Positions 31,462 to 41,695 of a stretch of 64,000 bases of DNA are shown here, piece by piece (within the stretch, counting starts at the first letter, position 1; every line of letters begins with the position of its first letter). This DNA comes from Lishizhenia sp. (lineage in GTDB: Bacteria; Bacteroidota; Bacteroidia; Flavobacteriales_D; Crocinitomicaceae): assembly GCA_049609045.1 (NCBI GenBank), contig JBMYYC010000006.1, forward strand, positions 398 to 64,397, in the 5' to 3' direction. The notes under the pieces were generated by a model. The model was not told the DNA's origin. It did not search any database and was given only the letters and a program-made list of their open reading frames with translations. The translations under genes were made by a program, and so were the position numbers.

Positions 31462-32334
31462 CTAGCTATTCAAAGCTTCTGCTCCACCAACTATTTCTAA
31501 TATTTCGTTTGTAATTGCAGCTTGACGTGCTTTATTGTATTCTAACGTTAAGTTTCTCTTTAACTCAGAAGCATTATCCGTTGCTTTATGCATTGCTGTC
31601 ATTCTAGCTCCATGCTCTGAAGCGTTAGAATCTAATAGTGCTTTAAACAGTTGAGTTTTTAATGACTTTGGTATTAAGTCTTCTACAATTTCCTGTTTTG
31701 AAGGCTCAAAAATATAATCGCCTGACCCTCCATTTTCTTGAACCGTAGGCACAATTGGTAAAAATTGCTCTTCTTGAACGATTTGAACAGCAGCGTTTTT
31801 GAACTTGTTGTAAACAACAACCACTTTATCTACTCTCCCATCTTTAAATTCTTTCATTAAGAAATCGGCAATTTCTGAAGATCTTTCAAAAGTTAAATCA
31901 TTGAACATATCTTCGGCAGCTCCGATACCTTCAGGTCTGTAGGACTCTTCTCTTCTTTTAAAAGCGTCGTTTGCCTTTTTTCCAATAGCAATAATTTTAG
32001 TATTTACTTTACCGTAATCTCCTAAAAGCATTCCATTGATTCTTTTAATGATGGCATTATTAAAACCACCACATAAACCTCTATTAGAAGTTACTGCTAC
32101 AATGATTATGTTTTGAATCTCTTTTTGCTCTGCATAGACATTTTCAGATAAATCTAAAGTTGCACTCAAATTACCTAATATTTCTTGCAATTTTTCTGAA
32201 TAAGGTCGCATTTGCGTAATTGCATCTTGCGCTCTTTTCAATTTAGCAGCAGAAACCATCTTCATAGCGGATGTGATTTGCATCGTTGATCCGATTGATG
32301 TGATTCTGTTCTTAATTTCCTTAAGATTTGCCAT
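31462..32334 (-). CDS. atpG: ATP synthase F1 gamma subunit
   Basis: ITSAMKMVSAAK, RGLCGGFN, SEHGARMTAM, YNKARQAAITNEI. Confidence 0.98.
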   Translation of the reverse strand: MANLKEIKNRITSIGSTMQITSAMKMVSAAKLKRAQDAITQMRPYSEKLQEILGNLSATLDLSENVYAEQKEIQNIIIVAVTSNRGLCGGFNNAIIKRINGMLLGDYGKVNTKIIAIGKKANDAFKRREESYRPEGIGAAEDMFNDLTFERSSEIADFLMKEFKDGRVDKVVVVYNKFKNAAVQIVQEEQFLPIVPTVQENGGSGDYIFEPSKQEIVEDLIPKSLKTQLFKALLDSNASEHGARMTAMHKATDNASELKRNLTLEYNKARQAAITNEILEIVGGAEALNS

Positions 32335-32340
32335 TTTTCT

Positions 32341-32375
32341 AGTTATGAGTTATGAGTTATGAGTTCAGAGTTATG
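32341..32375. repeat. Heptamer tandem array (AGTTATG x3, AGTTCAG, AGTTATG)
   Basis: Read directly; lies between the pseudogene stop and the atpG start. Confidence 0.95.
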
Positions 32376-32383
32376 AATCTCTA

Positions 32384-32739
32384 TTATTTTAATTTAGACT
32401 TTTTTATAATCGAAACTAAAATCTCTATTAGTTCTTCATTATCCTCTTTTAAACTCGCATCTACTTTTTTAATTTTTCTATCGATTATTTCTAACCAATA
32501 CTTTGTTTCATCTGCTTCTTTTAAAGATATACTCAATTTATGAGTAAAATCTTTAGTGCTAACAGCTCTTTGAGATTCTCCAAGATTTGCACCGATACTT
32601 GTACCAGATCTTAAAACTTGAGAACCTAATTAAAATATCTTTCTTCTTATAACAACTGAGCAAAGTCTACAATTTTCAATGAAAATTCAAAAGCTTTATT
32701 CAATATGTTGTTGTTTTCGTAAAATGATATCTTAAACAA
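32384..32739 (-). pseudogene. Four-helix-bundle protein (23S rRNA IVP / TIGR02436-type) pseudogene
   Basis: Manual translation: SFYENNNILNKAFEFSLKIVDFAQLL*EERYF / LGSQVLRSGTSIGANLGESQRAVSTKDFTHKLSISLKEADETKYWLEII...LIEILVSIIKKSKLK*. In-frame TAA at 32647-32649, 1-nt frameshift near 32630, no ATG start (ATA 32730 or TTG 32739). Confidence 0.9.
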
Positions 32740-32760
32740 TTTAGAGGGGAGTTAAAAGTT

Positions 32761-32786
32761 GAACTCTTAACTCCGAACTCTAAACT
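32761..32786. repeat. Heptamer array in inverted orientation to 32341-32375 (minus strand AGTTTAG AGTTCGG AGTTAAG AGTTC)
   Basis: Read directly; starts 4 nt after the atpA stop. Confidence 0.85.
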
Positions 32787-32790
32787 AATT

Positions 32791-34365
32791 TTAGTATTTA
32801 GAAGACAACTCTTTCGCTACTTGCGTAAGTGTATCTGTAACTTCATCTGTTAATTTACCAGCTTTTAATGTATCTAAGATATTTCTATGCTTAGCATCCA
32901 TAAAGTCCAAGAATTCATTTTCAAACTCTTTTACTTTGTTTACTGGTACGTTTTGAATAAGACCTTTAGTTCCTAGGTAAATAATTGCAATTTGCTTTTC
33001 TACTGGGTAAGGATCTCCTTCTTTTTGCTTAAGAATTTCAACGTTTCTTGCTCCTTTATCTAGTACTGCTTTTGTTGCAGCATCTAAATCAGATCCAAAC
33101 TTAGCAAACGCTTCAAGTTCTCTATACTGAGCTTGATCTAACTTTAAAGTACCAGCAACTTTCTTCATTGATTTAATTTGAGCAGAACCTCCAACACGTG
33201 ATACAGAAATACCAACGTTAATTGCCGGACGAATACCTGCGTTAAATAAATCAGACTCTAAGAAAATTTGCCCATCCGTAATAGAAATTACGTTTGTTGG
33301 AATGTATGCAGAAACGTCACCCGCTTGTGTTTCAATAATTGGCAATGCTGTAAGAGAACCTCCTCCTTTTACTTTACCTTTTAATGATTCAGGTAAGTCG
33401 TTCATTTGTGCTGCAATAGAATCATCATTAATTACTTTTGCTGCACGCTCTAATAATCTTGAGTGAAGATAGAATACATCTCCTGGATAAGCCTCACGAC
33501 CTGGAGGACGACGTAATAATAATGACACCTCACGATACGCTACTGCTTGCTTAGATAAATCATCAAAAACAATTAATCCTGGTCGACCAGTATCTCTAAA
33601 ATATTCTCCTATTGCTGCTCCGGCCATTGGTGCGTAGAACTGCATTGGAGCTGGATCAGAAGCGTTCGCTGCTACAATTGTAGTGTAAGCCATTGCTCCA
33701 GCTTCTTCTAATTTCTTTACAATACCTGCAACTGTAGATCCTTTCTGACCCACTGCTACATAAATACAGTAAACTGGTTTCCCAGCATCGTAAAATTCTT
33801 TTTGGTTAATGATTGCGTCAATCGCAACAGTTGTTTTTCCTGTTTGACGGTCACCAATAATTAACTCACGTTGACCACGACCAATTGGAATCATAGCATC
33901 AACAGATTTAATACCTGTTTGCAATGGTTCTGTAACTGGCTGACGGAAAATAACACCTGGTGCTTTTCTTTCGATAGGCATTTCGAATAATTCTCCTTGA
34001 ATATCTCCTTTACCATCGATAGGAAGTCCGAGTGTATTTACAACACGACCAACCATACCTTCACCTACTTTAATAGATGCGATACGGCCAAGACGCTTTA
34101 CAGTATCTCCTTCTTTCACGCTTGAAGAACGTCCTAAAAGAACGGCTCCTACATTATCTTCTTCTAAGTTAAGTGCAATACCTTGTAAACCACCGTCAAA
34201 TTCGATAAGTTCACCATATTGTACTCCTCCTAAACCATAAATACGTGCGATACCATCACCGATTTGTAATACAGTACCTACTTCTTGAAGTTCAGCTTCA
34301 GATTTGTGACCTGATAACTGTTCTCTTAAAATTGCAGAAACTTCTGCTGGTTTTACATCTGCCAT
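32791..34365 (-). CDS. atpA: ATP synthase F1 alpha subunit
   Basis: [37 protein letters not shown]. Confidence 0.99.
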   Translation of the reverse strand: MADVKPAEVSAILREQLSGHKSEAELQEVGTVLQIGDGIARIYGLGGVQYGELIEFDGGLQGIALNLEEDNVGAVLLGRSSSVKEGDTVKRLGRIASIKVGEGMVGRVVNTLGLPIDGKGDIQGELFEMPIERKAPGVIFRQPVTEPLQTGIKSVDAMIPIGRGQRELIIGDRQTGKTTVAIDAIINQKEFYDAGKPVYCIYVAVGQKGSTVAGIVKKLEEAGAMAYTTIVAANASDPAPMQFYAPMAGAAIGEYFRDTGRPGLIVFDDLSKQAVAYREVSLLLRRPPGREAYPGDVFYLHSRLLERAAKVINDDSIAAQMNDLPESLKGKVKGGGSLTALPIIETQAGDVSAYIPTNVISITDGQIFLESDLFNAGIRPAINVGISVSRVGGSAQIKSMKKVAGTLKLDQAQYRELEAFAKFGSDLDAATKAVLDKGARNVEILKQKEGDPYPVEKQIAIIYLGTKGLIQNVPVNKVKEFENEFLDFMDAKHRNILDTLKAGKLTDEVTDTLTQVAKELSSKY

Positions 34366-34391
34366 GTTCTTGACTTTTTATCCTTAACGGA

Positions 34392-34925
34392 TTATCGTGT
34401 TAAACGTTGTTTTAAATCTTTAAATTGACGAGATACACTTGCATCAATTTGCGTGTCTCCCATCCTTACAACAAAACCTCCAACTAGAGATTCATCTATT
34501 TTTTCTTCTACTTCTAAAGTTCCTTTTACAGAGCGCTCTATATTTGCTAATATTTGTGCTCTTACCGAATCATCTAGTTTAGATGCTGTAGTAATTGTAA
34601 TAGGAACAATTCCTTTAAGCTCTTGTAACTTCGCTTTGTATGCCATTGCTATCTGTGGGAGAATGTTCTCTCTTCTATTCTTTACAATAAGCGTAACAAA
34701 CGAAGTTGAGATCTGATCAAACCCATTAAAAACAGCATTAAAGATAGAAATCTTTTTGTCTGCTTTCACAATAGGACTTTTCAGTAAATTTTCGAACTCT
34801 CTATTTTCATTTACAACAGATAGCAGCGTGTTCATATCTGTTTGAACAACATCTACCTTACTATTCTCCGTTGCTAACTCTAATAAAGCTTGTGCGTATC
34901 TTGAAGCTGCTTTTGTCCCTTTCAT
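34392..34925 (-). CDS. atpH: ATP synthase F1 delta subunit
   Basis: ASRYAQAL, LVGGFVVRMGDTQIDASV; operon position. Confidence 0.95.
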   Translation of the reverse strand: MKGTKAASRYAQALLELATENSKVDVVQTDMNTLLSVVNENREFENLLKSPIVKADKKISIFNAVFNGFDQISTSFVTLIVKNRRENILPQIAMAYKAKLQELKGIVPITITTASKLDDSVRAQILANIERSVKGTLEVEEKIDESLVGGFVVRMGDTQIDASVSRQFKDLKQRLTR

Positions 34926-34929
34926 ACTC

Positions 34930-35424
34930 TTAGTTTAAGCGAATATCTTCTGCTAATGTTGAAGCTAAAGCCTTTTGCTTATCATCTGATGACAATTCGC
35001 TTTTTACAACTTTCTCTGCTATCTCAAGAGAAATTGCAGCAACCTGTGTTTTTAACTCAGCAATTGCTGCATTCTTTTCAGAAGCGATAACTTCTCTTGC
35101 AGAATGCATTACTTTTTCAGCTTCTTTCTTTGCGTTTTCAACTGCATCAGTTTTCATTTTCTCTGCAACTTCTTTCGCATCTTTAATCATAGCATCTCTT
35201 TCTGCTCTTGCTTCTTTTAACGCATTTTCGTTTTGTGTTGCAAGTGCTTTCATTTCAGCTTTTGTCTTTTCAGCTAATTCTAAAGCTTCTTCAATGTTTT
35301 GCTCTCTTGTATTGACAGCAGACATGATTGGCTTCCAAATAAATTTTGCTAAAATGAACATCAGTAACAAGAAAATTAATCCTGTCCAAAATATCAATCC
35401 TAAATCTGGCGTAATTAAATCCAT
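34930..35424 (-). CDS. atpF: ATP synthase F0 subunit b
   Basis: N-terminal TM (LIFWT...KFIWKPI) plus coiled coil; operon position. Confidence 0.95.
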   Translation of the reverse strand: MDLITPDLGLIFWTGLIFLLLMFILAKFIWKPIMSAVNTREQNIEEALELAEKTKAEMKALATQNENALKEARAERDAMIKDAKEVAEKMKTDAVENAKKEAEKVMHSAREVIASEKNAAIAELKTQVAAISLEIAEKVVKSELSSDDKQKALASTLAEDIRLN

Positions 35425-35472
35425 CTTTATATATAAATTAAATAATTTCTTTTTTTAAACTTTTAAAAAGAG

Positions 35473-35499
35473 GTTCTCGCAACCAACCGTTGCGAGAAC
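35473..35499 (-). other. Stable intercistronic hairpin between atpE and atpF
   Basis: GTTCTCGCAAC-GGTTG-GTTGCGAGAAC perfect 11-bp stem followed by CTCTTTTT on the minus strand. Confidence 0.8.
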
Positions 35500-35517
35500 A
35501 CATTAAGCTTTCTCTTC

Positions 35518-35742
<225 letters not shown>

Positions 35743-35764
35743 TTATTAAAAGTTTACAAATTTA

Positions 35765-36904
35765 TTAGTGATGTTCTTCTGCTACTGCTGCTCCGATGAA
35801 CAACGCAGACAACATCGTAAATACAAAGGCCTGTAAGAAAGCTACCAATAACTCGAGCACTGATATAAACAATGCAAGAGGAACTGAAAGTCCACCCCAA
35901 GCAACGCTTTCGAAAGTAAAGATAATACCTACTAACGATAAGATTATAATATGTCCTGCTGTAATGTTTGCAAATAAACGCACCATTAAGGCAAAAGGCT
36001 TTGTGAATACACCTACAATTTCTACCGGAATCATAATTGGCAATAATGCTTTAGGAACTCCTGGAGTTGCAAAAATGTGTTGCCAGTAATGTTTGTTTCC
36101 GTTTATTAACGTTAAGATTAAGGTAAACACTGCCATTACAAGTGTAAAACTAATATTCCCTGTTAAGTTTGCTCCACCTGGAATAATAGGAACCAAACCT
36201 AATAAGTTGTTGATCCAAATAAAGAAAAATGCCGTTAATAAATAAGGCATGAATTTCTTATACTTCTTCTCTCCAATATTACTTTTAGCAATATCGTCTC
36301 TAATAAAAATAACGATTGGCTCTACGAAACGACTAATTCCTTTAGGCGCTCCGAAACCGTGTTTTTTATATGACTTAGCAACTGCTGCTAAAATTAAAAT
36401 CAATAACAAAGCAGAAACAATTAAAGCAACTACGTTTTTGGTTATAGAGAAATCTAACGGTTTTGCATTTAGCTCACTGTTCACGTGGTGTTCTTCATCA
36501 AAGTGAAGAATTCCTTCTGCATCTAGTTTATAAATTTTCTCATGAAACATTGCATATCCTTGCGCTGCTCCAGTACCTTTCAAATAAGAATCTTTACCGT
36601 GACCAACATGTTCTCCATGATAGAAGTTAGAAGAAGAAAATACCTTTAACCCTCCGTCTACTAGAATTATTGGAAGATAAACTGAAACACCATCTTCGTG
36701 TCCGCCCCACAAATGCCATTCGTGTGCATCTTTAATGTGGTGCATAATCATTTCTGTAACATCAACCTCCTCTTTCTCGGCATGGTGTTCTGCACCGTGT
36801 GCATCTGCATGACTATTTTCTGGTGTTGACGCCAACCCTAAATTCACAGTAAAAACTGTAGCTATAATAAAAGCAAATGCTTTAAACGTGTTCTTTAACA
36901 TCAT
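35765..36904 (-). CDS. atpB: ATP synthase F0 subunit a (with His-rich N-terminal extension)
   Basis: KPFALMVRLFANITAGH, ELLVAFLQAFVF. Confidence 0.97.
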   Translation of the reverse strand: MMLKNTFKAFAFIIATVFTVNLGLASTPENSHADAHGAEHHAEKEEVDVTEMIMHHIKDAHEWHLWGGHEDGVSVYLPIILVDGGLKVFSSSNFYHGEHVGHGKDSYLKGTGAAQGYAMFHEKIYKLDAEGILHFDEEHHVNSELNAKPLDFSITKNVVALIVSALLLILILAAVAKSYKKHGFGAPKGISRFVEPIVIFIRDDIAKSNIGEKKYKKFMPYLLTAFFFIWINNLLGLVPIIPGGANLTGNISFTLVMAVFTLILTLINGNKHYWQHIFATPGVPKALLPIMIPVEIVGVFTKPFALMVRLFANITAGHIIILSLVGIIFTFESVAWGGLSVPLALFISVLELLVAFLQAFVFTMLSALFIGAAVAEEHH

Positions 36905-36943
36905 TTTAGAATACTTCTAATGGTGTGTTTCAAAATTTCGGTG

Positions 36944-36951
36944 CAAAGGTA
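36944..36951 (-). promoter_or_regulatory. -7 promoter element (TACCTTTG) upstream of atpB
   Basis: TAnnTTTG consensus about 40 nt upstream of atpB. Confidence 0.6.
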
Positions 36952-36988
36952 TGCAATCTTTTAGAATGAACAATAAAATTAGATGGAA

Positions 36989-37381
36989 TTAGGTGTTTTT
37001 TTGTTGATTATTGGAATTAATAAGACGTATAAAATAAATACATTGGTACAACAAGCTCAAAAAGAATAAAGTTACAAACTGCAACACTAACGGCTTTTCA
37101 TAATTAAATTTCCCATAAATTAAGTATGCAGAAAAACTCAGGACAGCTAATAATTGAATCGTTGTAAAAGCCATAAACATTATAGACAATCCATTTGGAT
37201 CTTTATTCTTTGTCCCGAAATACATTAATGTATTTCCAATAAAAGCGAGTAAAACTAAGACGGTATAAACAAGAATAAGGTCTTTATTAAAGTAGGGTTT
37301 TGGAAAAGTAATTGCTAATCCATAATGGAATGTAGCTAGGATTCCGAAAAATAAAAGAAAATAGAACTTACCTTTAATCAT
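36989..37381 (-). CDS. Four-TM membrane protein (AtpI-like)
   Basis: Four hydrophobic helices; located between the atpZ-like gene and atpB. Confidence 0.7.
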   Translation of the reverse strand: MIKGKFYFLLFFGILATFHYGLAITFPKPYFNKDLILVYTVLVLLAFIGNTLMYFGTKNKDPNGLSIMFMAFTTIQLLAVLSFSAYLIYGKFNYEKPLVLQFVTLFFLSLLYQCIYFIRLINSNNQQKNT

Positions 37382-37601
37382 CTTTTTTTCCGAGTCTTAT
37401 AACCTCTTTTATTACGAGGTAAAGTGAACCAAAAACGGTAAAAAGCACCAAAATGAGTGTCCAAACCGGTGTTTGATTTCCTTGTTTCTCATCTAACCAT
37501 TTTCCAAATAAGGCGCCTGCTGTTATTGTTACTCCCATTTGAATTGCTAAACCTGAAAACCTCAGGTAGGCATCTACATTGTTTCTGGATTTATCCTCCA
37601 T
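37374..37601 (-). CDS. AtpZ/AtpI family protein
   Basis: FSGLAIQMG...GKWLD, two TM helices. Confidence 0.85.
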   Translation of the reverse strand: MEDKSRNNVDAYLRFSGLAIQMGVTITAGALFGKWLDEKQGNQTPVWTLILVLFTVFGSLYLVIKEVIRLGKKDD

Positions 37602-38026
37602 CAGTAAACCACATCAGGTTGCTTTTCGTCAGTGATTGCAGAAGCAACTTTTTTGACTGTTTTGTTTACTGCTTTCGACATGTTACAAGTTCCATTAAAA
37701 TCTGCTCCGTCTTCAATTACAACTCTTCCTGTTACAATATCTCCGTTAATCTTTGAAGAAGCTCTTAAAATCAGAACAGTTTCTACCTTAACGTTCCCGA
37801 TAACCTCTCCCTCAATTTCTGCATCAAACGCAACAATATTACCAGTTATTTTTCCTTGTTCACCCAAAACCAATTTCCCAGCACATTCTAAATCTCCGAT
37901 AACTTCTCCATCTACTCTCAAACTACTTTCAGTTTTGAGTGTTCCCTCTAACTTAGAACCTGAAACTATTCGATTTAATCTATCTGGTGAATCTGTTGCT
38001 ATTTTTGGTCTTTCTGCTTTAAACAT
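37601..38026 (-). CDS. Bactofilin (polymer-forming cytoskeletal protein)
   Basis: LRVDGEVIGDL...I.G.I repeats, IEDGADFNGTC. Confidence 0.9.
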   Translation of the reverse strand: MFKAERPKIATDSPDRLNRIVSGSKLEGTLKTESSLRVDGEVIGDLECAGKLVLGEQGKITGNIVAFDAEIEGEVIGNVKVETVLILRASSKINGDIVTGRVVIEDGADFNGTCNMSKAVNKTVKKVASAITDEKQPDVVY

Positions 38027-38036
38027 AGTATTCAAC

Positions 38037-40700
38037 TTAATAATTATCTTGAAAGAATAAATCGTACTCTTTCAATTTCTGCTGTTGTATGAGGATTTTA
38101 AAATTCTCTTTAGAAATATACTGAATCTTGGCATTTCTAAAATCTCCAAGGTGTTTTTTTGTTCGCTTAAAAACGCGAAGATACTCATCGGCTTCCGCCT
38201 TGTCTTCCATATCTTTAACCATTACAACTGTGATTCCTTTTTCTGTACTGATTATTTGACTGGTAGTACTGTATCTTTCTCTACTAAAAAACTCTCTGTT
38301 GAAGTCTGACACTTTTGTTCTAGAAGCTCTGTTATCGTCTTTTTCGGAGAGATAAATCATAACATACATTTGATCGCTGTTGCTGTAAGAATAAATAGTA
38401 GTTGGTTTAGAAAAATCTACAGGAATATTCTCGGGAATTCCATTAATCAGTAAATCTTTTAGTTCTTTTGCTCTTGGCGCTTCGTCAGACTCTGGATATT
38501 CTACTAAAATCTGTTCCAAAACAGGTAAAAGCGTTTGTTTATCGGGGTTAATTTCGCCCATAGCCATTGCTTTAAGTAATAGATACTTGGATCTATATAT
38601 GTTATTTGGCTCTGATTCTATTACTTTATTTGCTTTAGTAATTACAGGATAAAACAAACCTTGCTCAAACCGTTCTACGGATTTCAAATACTCTTTAAGT
38701 TCTAATGCTGCTAATTCTTTTTGCTTAATAAAGAAGTTTGGATCTCTCAAGAAATTGGCATAATCTGAGTTAGGATAGTTATTAAATATATAAGTTTTGT
38801 AGTCATTGGCTTTAGAAGCATCTTTCTGCTCATTGATTTTATACAATTGATACGCAGAAAGTAAGTTGTGACGGTTCTCTATATTTTTATTGAGAACGGC
38901 ATCAAACTGCTGCTGTGCCAGGTCAATTTCATTCAATTGATTCTGATATAACATTCCTGAAGCATAGTAGCTTTCTATTAATCGGTTGTTACTTTCTGCT
39001 AAAGCACTATCTGTTAACGGTATGTTTTTAAGAAGCGTTTCGACAGTTAGCTCTTCTGTTGGTTCTTCTACAATTAGAGTATCTGCTGGGATAGTATCAT
39101 TTTGTATAAAAACTAAATTATCTACTTTGTTAGATCGCCTCCAATTATCTTCGTTTTCTCGCTGACCATAGATTCTTCTAAATTCATTAAAACCTTCTGC
39201 CATGGCTTTTGAGTTGTTAAAATACCATTTCCCTCCTTGTCCATTATTCTGAGCAGTCAATTCTTGCTGTAACTGTCTTAACTCCTCTAGTCTTCTGGCA
39301 TCTACTTCAGCTTTTCGCTTCTTTTCTTCTTCAATTTGTTTTATAACATCTTTAATAAATTTCGCGCGCTCTTTCTCTGAAAGACTTGCAATTCTTTGAA
39401 CGCTATCTTCAAACTGAATTACTTCGAGGTTTGTTACCAAATCAAAAAGTTTATCTGCTTTATTTCTAATTTCTTCTTTCTTCTCGTAAGTTTCTGGCAA
39501 AACATTGGCAGAAGAATCGTAATATTTTTGAGCGTTTATATAATTTTTATCTTTAAAAGATATGTCTCCCATTCTTTCATAACTCACACCTTTTTGTCTG
39601 TTGTTATTTAAAGAATAAAAAACAGATTGCGTAAGATAAGACATTCCAAGTGGTTGATCTCCTTTATCCAACTCGATATCTGCAAGTGCATAATAGATTT
39701 GATCTTTAAACTCTGAATTTTTCTCATCGCGAAGCATTTTATTTAGCTCTTTCACAATTTTCTCATCTCCTTCACCTCCAGCTAATGCTCTATTAATTCT
39801 TGCATGAAATGCCATTTCGTAATTCGCATTTCGTTTAATCGAAGCAGTGTAGAACATTCTAGCGTCAGTACTATTTTGTTCTTGCAAGATTTGTCCGATA
39901 ATAAAATTCAACCTCGCTTTTTCTTGTGCATCATGACACAAAACAACAGCTTCTTTCAACTTTTCTATTGCAACGGTGTAGTCTTCTTTTTCTAAAGCAA
40001 GCACAGCTTTTGTTTTGGCAATCTCTAAAGCTAATCCTTTTGGAAATTCTGCAACTTCTTCTGACTTTTTCTTAACATTTTTTAGTCTAGATTTCTTTTT
40101 CTCATTCTTTTTAGCGAATAATATATCTTGTTCTGCTTTATCCAGTTTTTTAAGTTTGAGATTCGCCTTTGTGAGATCTCCCATTTTAATATCACATTTC
40201 GCCATCCAAAGCAAAGCTGCATGGGTCGAAGGATTGTTTCTATAGAATTTCTTTACGAAGTCAAAATTATCATACGCTTCTGCATATTTTCCCTTATAAT
40301 ATTCTGATTTACCAATGAGCATCCAATTCTCATCTATCCACTTACAGTACTCTTCTTTCTTTTTAGAAAGCTTTTCCATTGTAGGCATACTGTGTTTAGA
40401 AATAACCTCAGAACATTTGGCAATTGCAGTATCCATTGCCGGATAAAGACTAACCGCCTCCTCTTCGTTCGGCAGTTCTTCAATGGGTAAAATTGAATAA
40501 TAATCTTCTTTATTTCCGTTTCTGTACGATTCTAGACCTATTCTTACAAGTTCCGTTGCGTTAAAGTAACCATTAAAACGAGCTGTAGTATTGTGATAGG
40601 TTCGGTTAACGAAAGTGTTTTTTTCTGTAGAACAGGAAACTACAATCACCAAAATAATGGCAATGCAAATGAGATTTTGAATAATTCTATTTATGCGCAT
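38037..40700 (-). CDS. sprE: T9SS periplasmic TPR lipoprotein SprE/PorW
   Basis: Lipobox VSCSTEKNT, YHNTTARFNGYFNA, WYFNN...GFNEFRR.YG.R.NEDNWRRS; location upstream of bactofilin-atp genes as in Flavobacteria. Confidence 0.85.
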   Translation of the reverse strand: MRINRIIQNLICIAIILVIVVSCSTEKNTFVNRTYHNTTARFNGYFNATELVRIGLESYRNGNKEDYYSILPIEELPNEEEAVSLYPAMDTAIAKCSEVISKHSMPTMEKLSKKKEEYCKWIDENWMLIGKSEYYKGKYAEAYDNFDFVKKFYRNNPSTHAALLWMAKCDIKMGDLTKANLKLKKLDKAEQDILFAKKNEKKKSRLKNVKKKSEEVAEFPKGLALEIAKTKAVLALEKEDYTVAIEKLKEAVVLCHDAQEKARLNFIIGQILQEQNSTDARMFYTASIKRNANYEMAFHARINRALAGGEGDEKIVKELNKMLRDEKNSEFKDQIYYALADIELDKGDQPLGMSYLTQSVFYSLNNNRQKGVSYERMGDISFKDKNYINAQKYYDSSANVLPETYEKKEEIRNKADKLFDLVTNLEVIQFEDSVQRIASLSEKERAKFIKDVIKQIEEEKKRKAEVDARRLEELRQLQQELTAQNNGQGGKWYFNNSKAMAEGFNEFRRIYGQRENEDNWRRSNKVDNLVFIQNDTIPADTLIVEEPTEELTVETLLKNIPLTDSALAESNNRLIESYYASGMLYQNQLNEIDLAQQQFDAVLNKNIENRHNLLSAYQLYKINEQKDASKANDYKTYIFNNYPNSDYANFLRDPNFFIKQKELAALELKEYLKSVERFEQGLFYPVITKANKVIESEPNNIYRSKYLLLKAMAMGEINPDKQTLLPVLEQILVEYPESDEAPRAKELKDLLINGIPENIPVDFSKPTTIYSYSNSDQMYVMIYLSEKDDNRASRTKVSDFNREFFSRERYSTTSQIISTEKGITVVMVKDMEDKAEADEYLRVFKRTKKHLGDFRNAKIQYISKENFKILIQQQKLKEYDLFFQDNY

Positions 40701-40758
40701 GTTCCTAAACTACTATAACTCGTAAAAAACAAAAATATTATTTCTTTTTGAAGAAAAT

Positions 40759-40791
40759 AAAAAAGGTCGGTTTTAATTAAAAGACCGACCT
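40759..40791 (-). terminator. Intrinsic terminator after the YceI-family gene
   Basis: AGGTCGGT...ACCGACCT stem with a U-tract on the minus strand. Confidence 0.7.
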
Positions 40792-40814
40792 CAATACTTT
40801 ACTATTATTTATGC

Positions 40815-41459
40815 CTATTCGCACTTCTTTTTTAACGTAGTAGAGAAAGAAATAGCAACATCTGACCACAATTTTGATTCTGTATCTCCATTTTCAATAT
40901 CTGTATGAAGGTCTTCGCAAGCAACATTTAAAGCATTTAAAGCTGCTCCTGCATTCCAATTCAAAACATCAATGCTTGACGTATAGGTAAATGTAGCATC
41001 ATTAAAAGTATAATTACCCTCTACCTCATTTGTAATTCCATTCATTGAGATGGCAATTATCGCTTTTCCGTTATCTCCCAAACTTACTACTTCACCGTTT
41101 ATCGTTTCGGGAATAGTAAATGAACCAAAGAACAATGAGTCAATCTTCTTGTTTCTATCTGAATTTTTTGTTTCTACTGTTGATACAGGAATAGAAAAAG
41201 ATAAATTTTCTATTAATCCTATTTTATCTCCTGTTTTGTCTCCACCATTAACAGAAATCGTGGTAAAAGTTCCTCCAACCGGTGCTTTTCTCAGAAACTT
41301 GAAGGCTGTCCACTCTAATTTACTATCTGCAGGACTGTATTCATAATAACAATTTTCTACTGCTTTATTTTCTTCCTTAGAAATAGTTTCATCACTCTTT
41401 TCTCCACAAGAGCTCAAAACGAAAAACAAACTTGTTAAACCAACTAAAAAAACTTTCAT
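40815..41459 (-). CDS. YceI-family lipoprotein
   Basis: Lipobox LSSC, WTAFK...VGGTF, T.N..R..KI, LWSDV. Confidence 0.8.
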   Translation of the reverse strand: MKVFLVGLTSLFFVLSSCGEKSDETISKEENKAVENCYYEYSPADSKLEWTAFKFLRKAPVGGTFTTISVNGGDKTGDKIGLIENLSFSIPVSTVETKNSDRNKKIDSLFFGSFTIPETINGEVVSLGDNGKAIIAISMNGITNEVEGNYTFNDATFTYTSSIDVLNWNAGAALNALNVACEDLHTDIENGDTESKLWSDVAISFSTTLKKKCE

Positions 41460-41661
41460 ACTATCAATTTTACTGTAAAAATAATCAAATACTTAGAATA
41501 CATCGAGCAATAAAATGACAATCTAGATAAATTATGTACGAAGAAAAATTACTGCACCCTCAAACCCTGTACACTTTAAATTAGTTACTAATAACCTCTT
41601 TTAAACAACTGCAAATTATTTTCATTTTCCATCAAAAATATGAGGACAGAAAAGTTTGGCC

Positions 41662-41695
41662 AAAAAAAAGAAGAATGTTTACTCATTCTTCTTTT
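41662..41695 (-). terminator. Intrinsic terminator
   Basis: AAAAGAAGAATG-N6-CATTCTTCTTTT 12-bp stem with U8 on the minus strand. Confidence 0.75.

Noticed and set aside
32352-32543. 63-aa plus-strand ORF (MSYEFRVMN...)
   Set aside because: Starts in the heptamer array and is antisense to the four-helix pseudogene; a shadow ORF.
35765-36904. Absence of atpD/atpC and the long His-rich N-terminus of AtpB
   Set aside because: Both are normal for Flavobacteriales-type atp loci; not novel.
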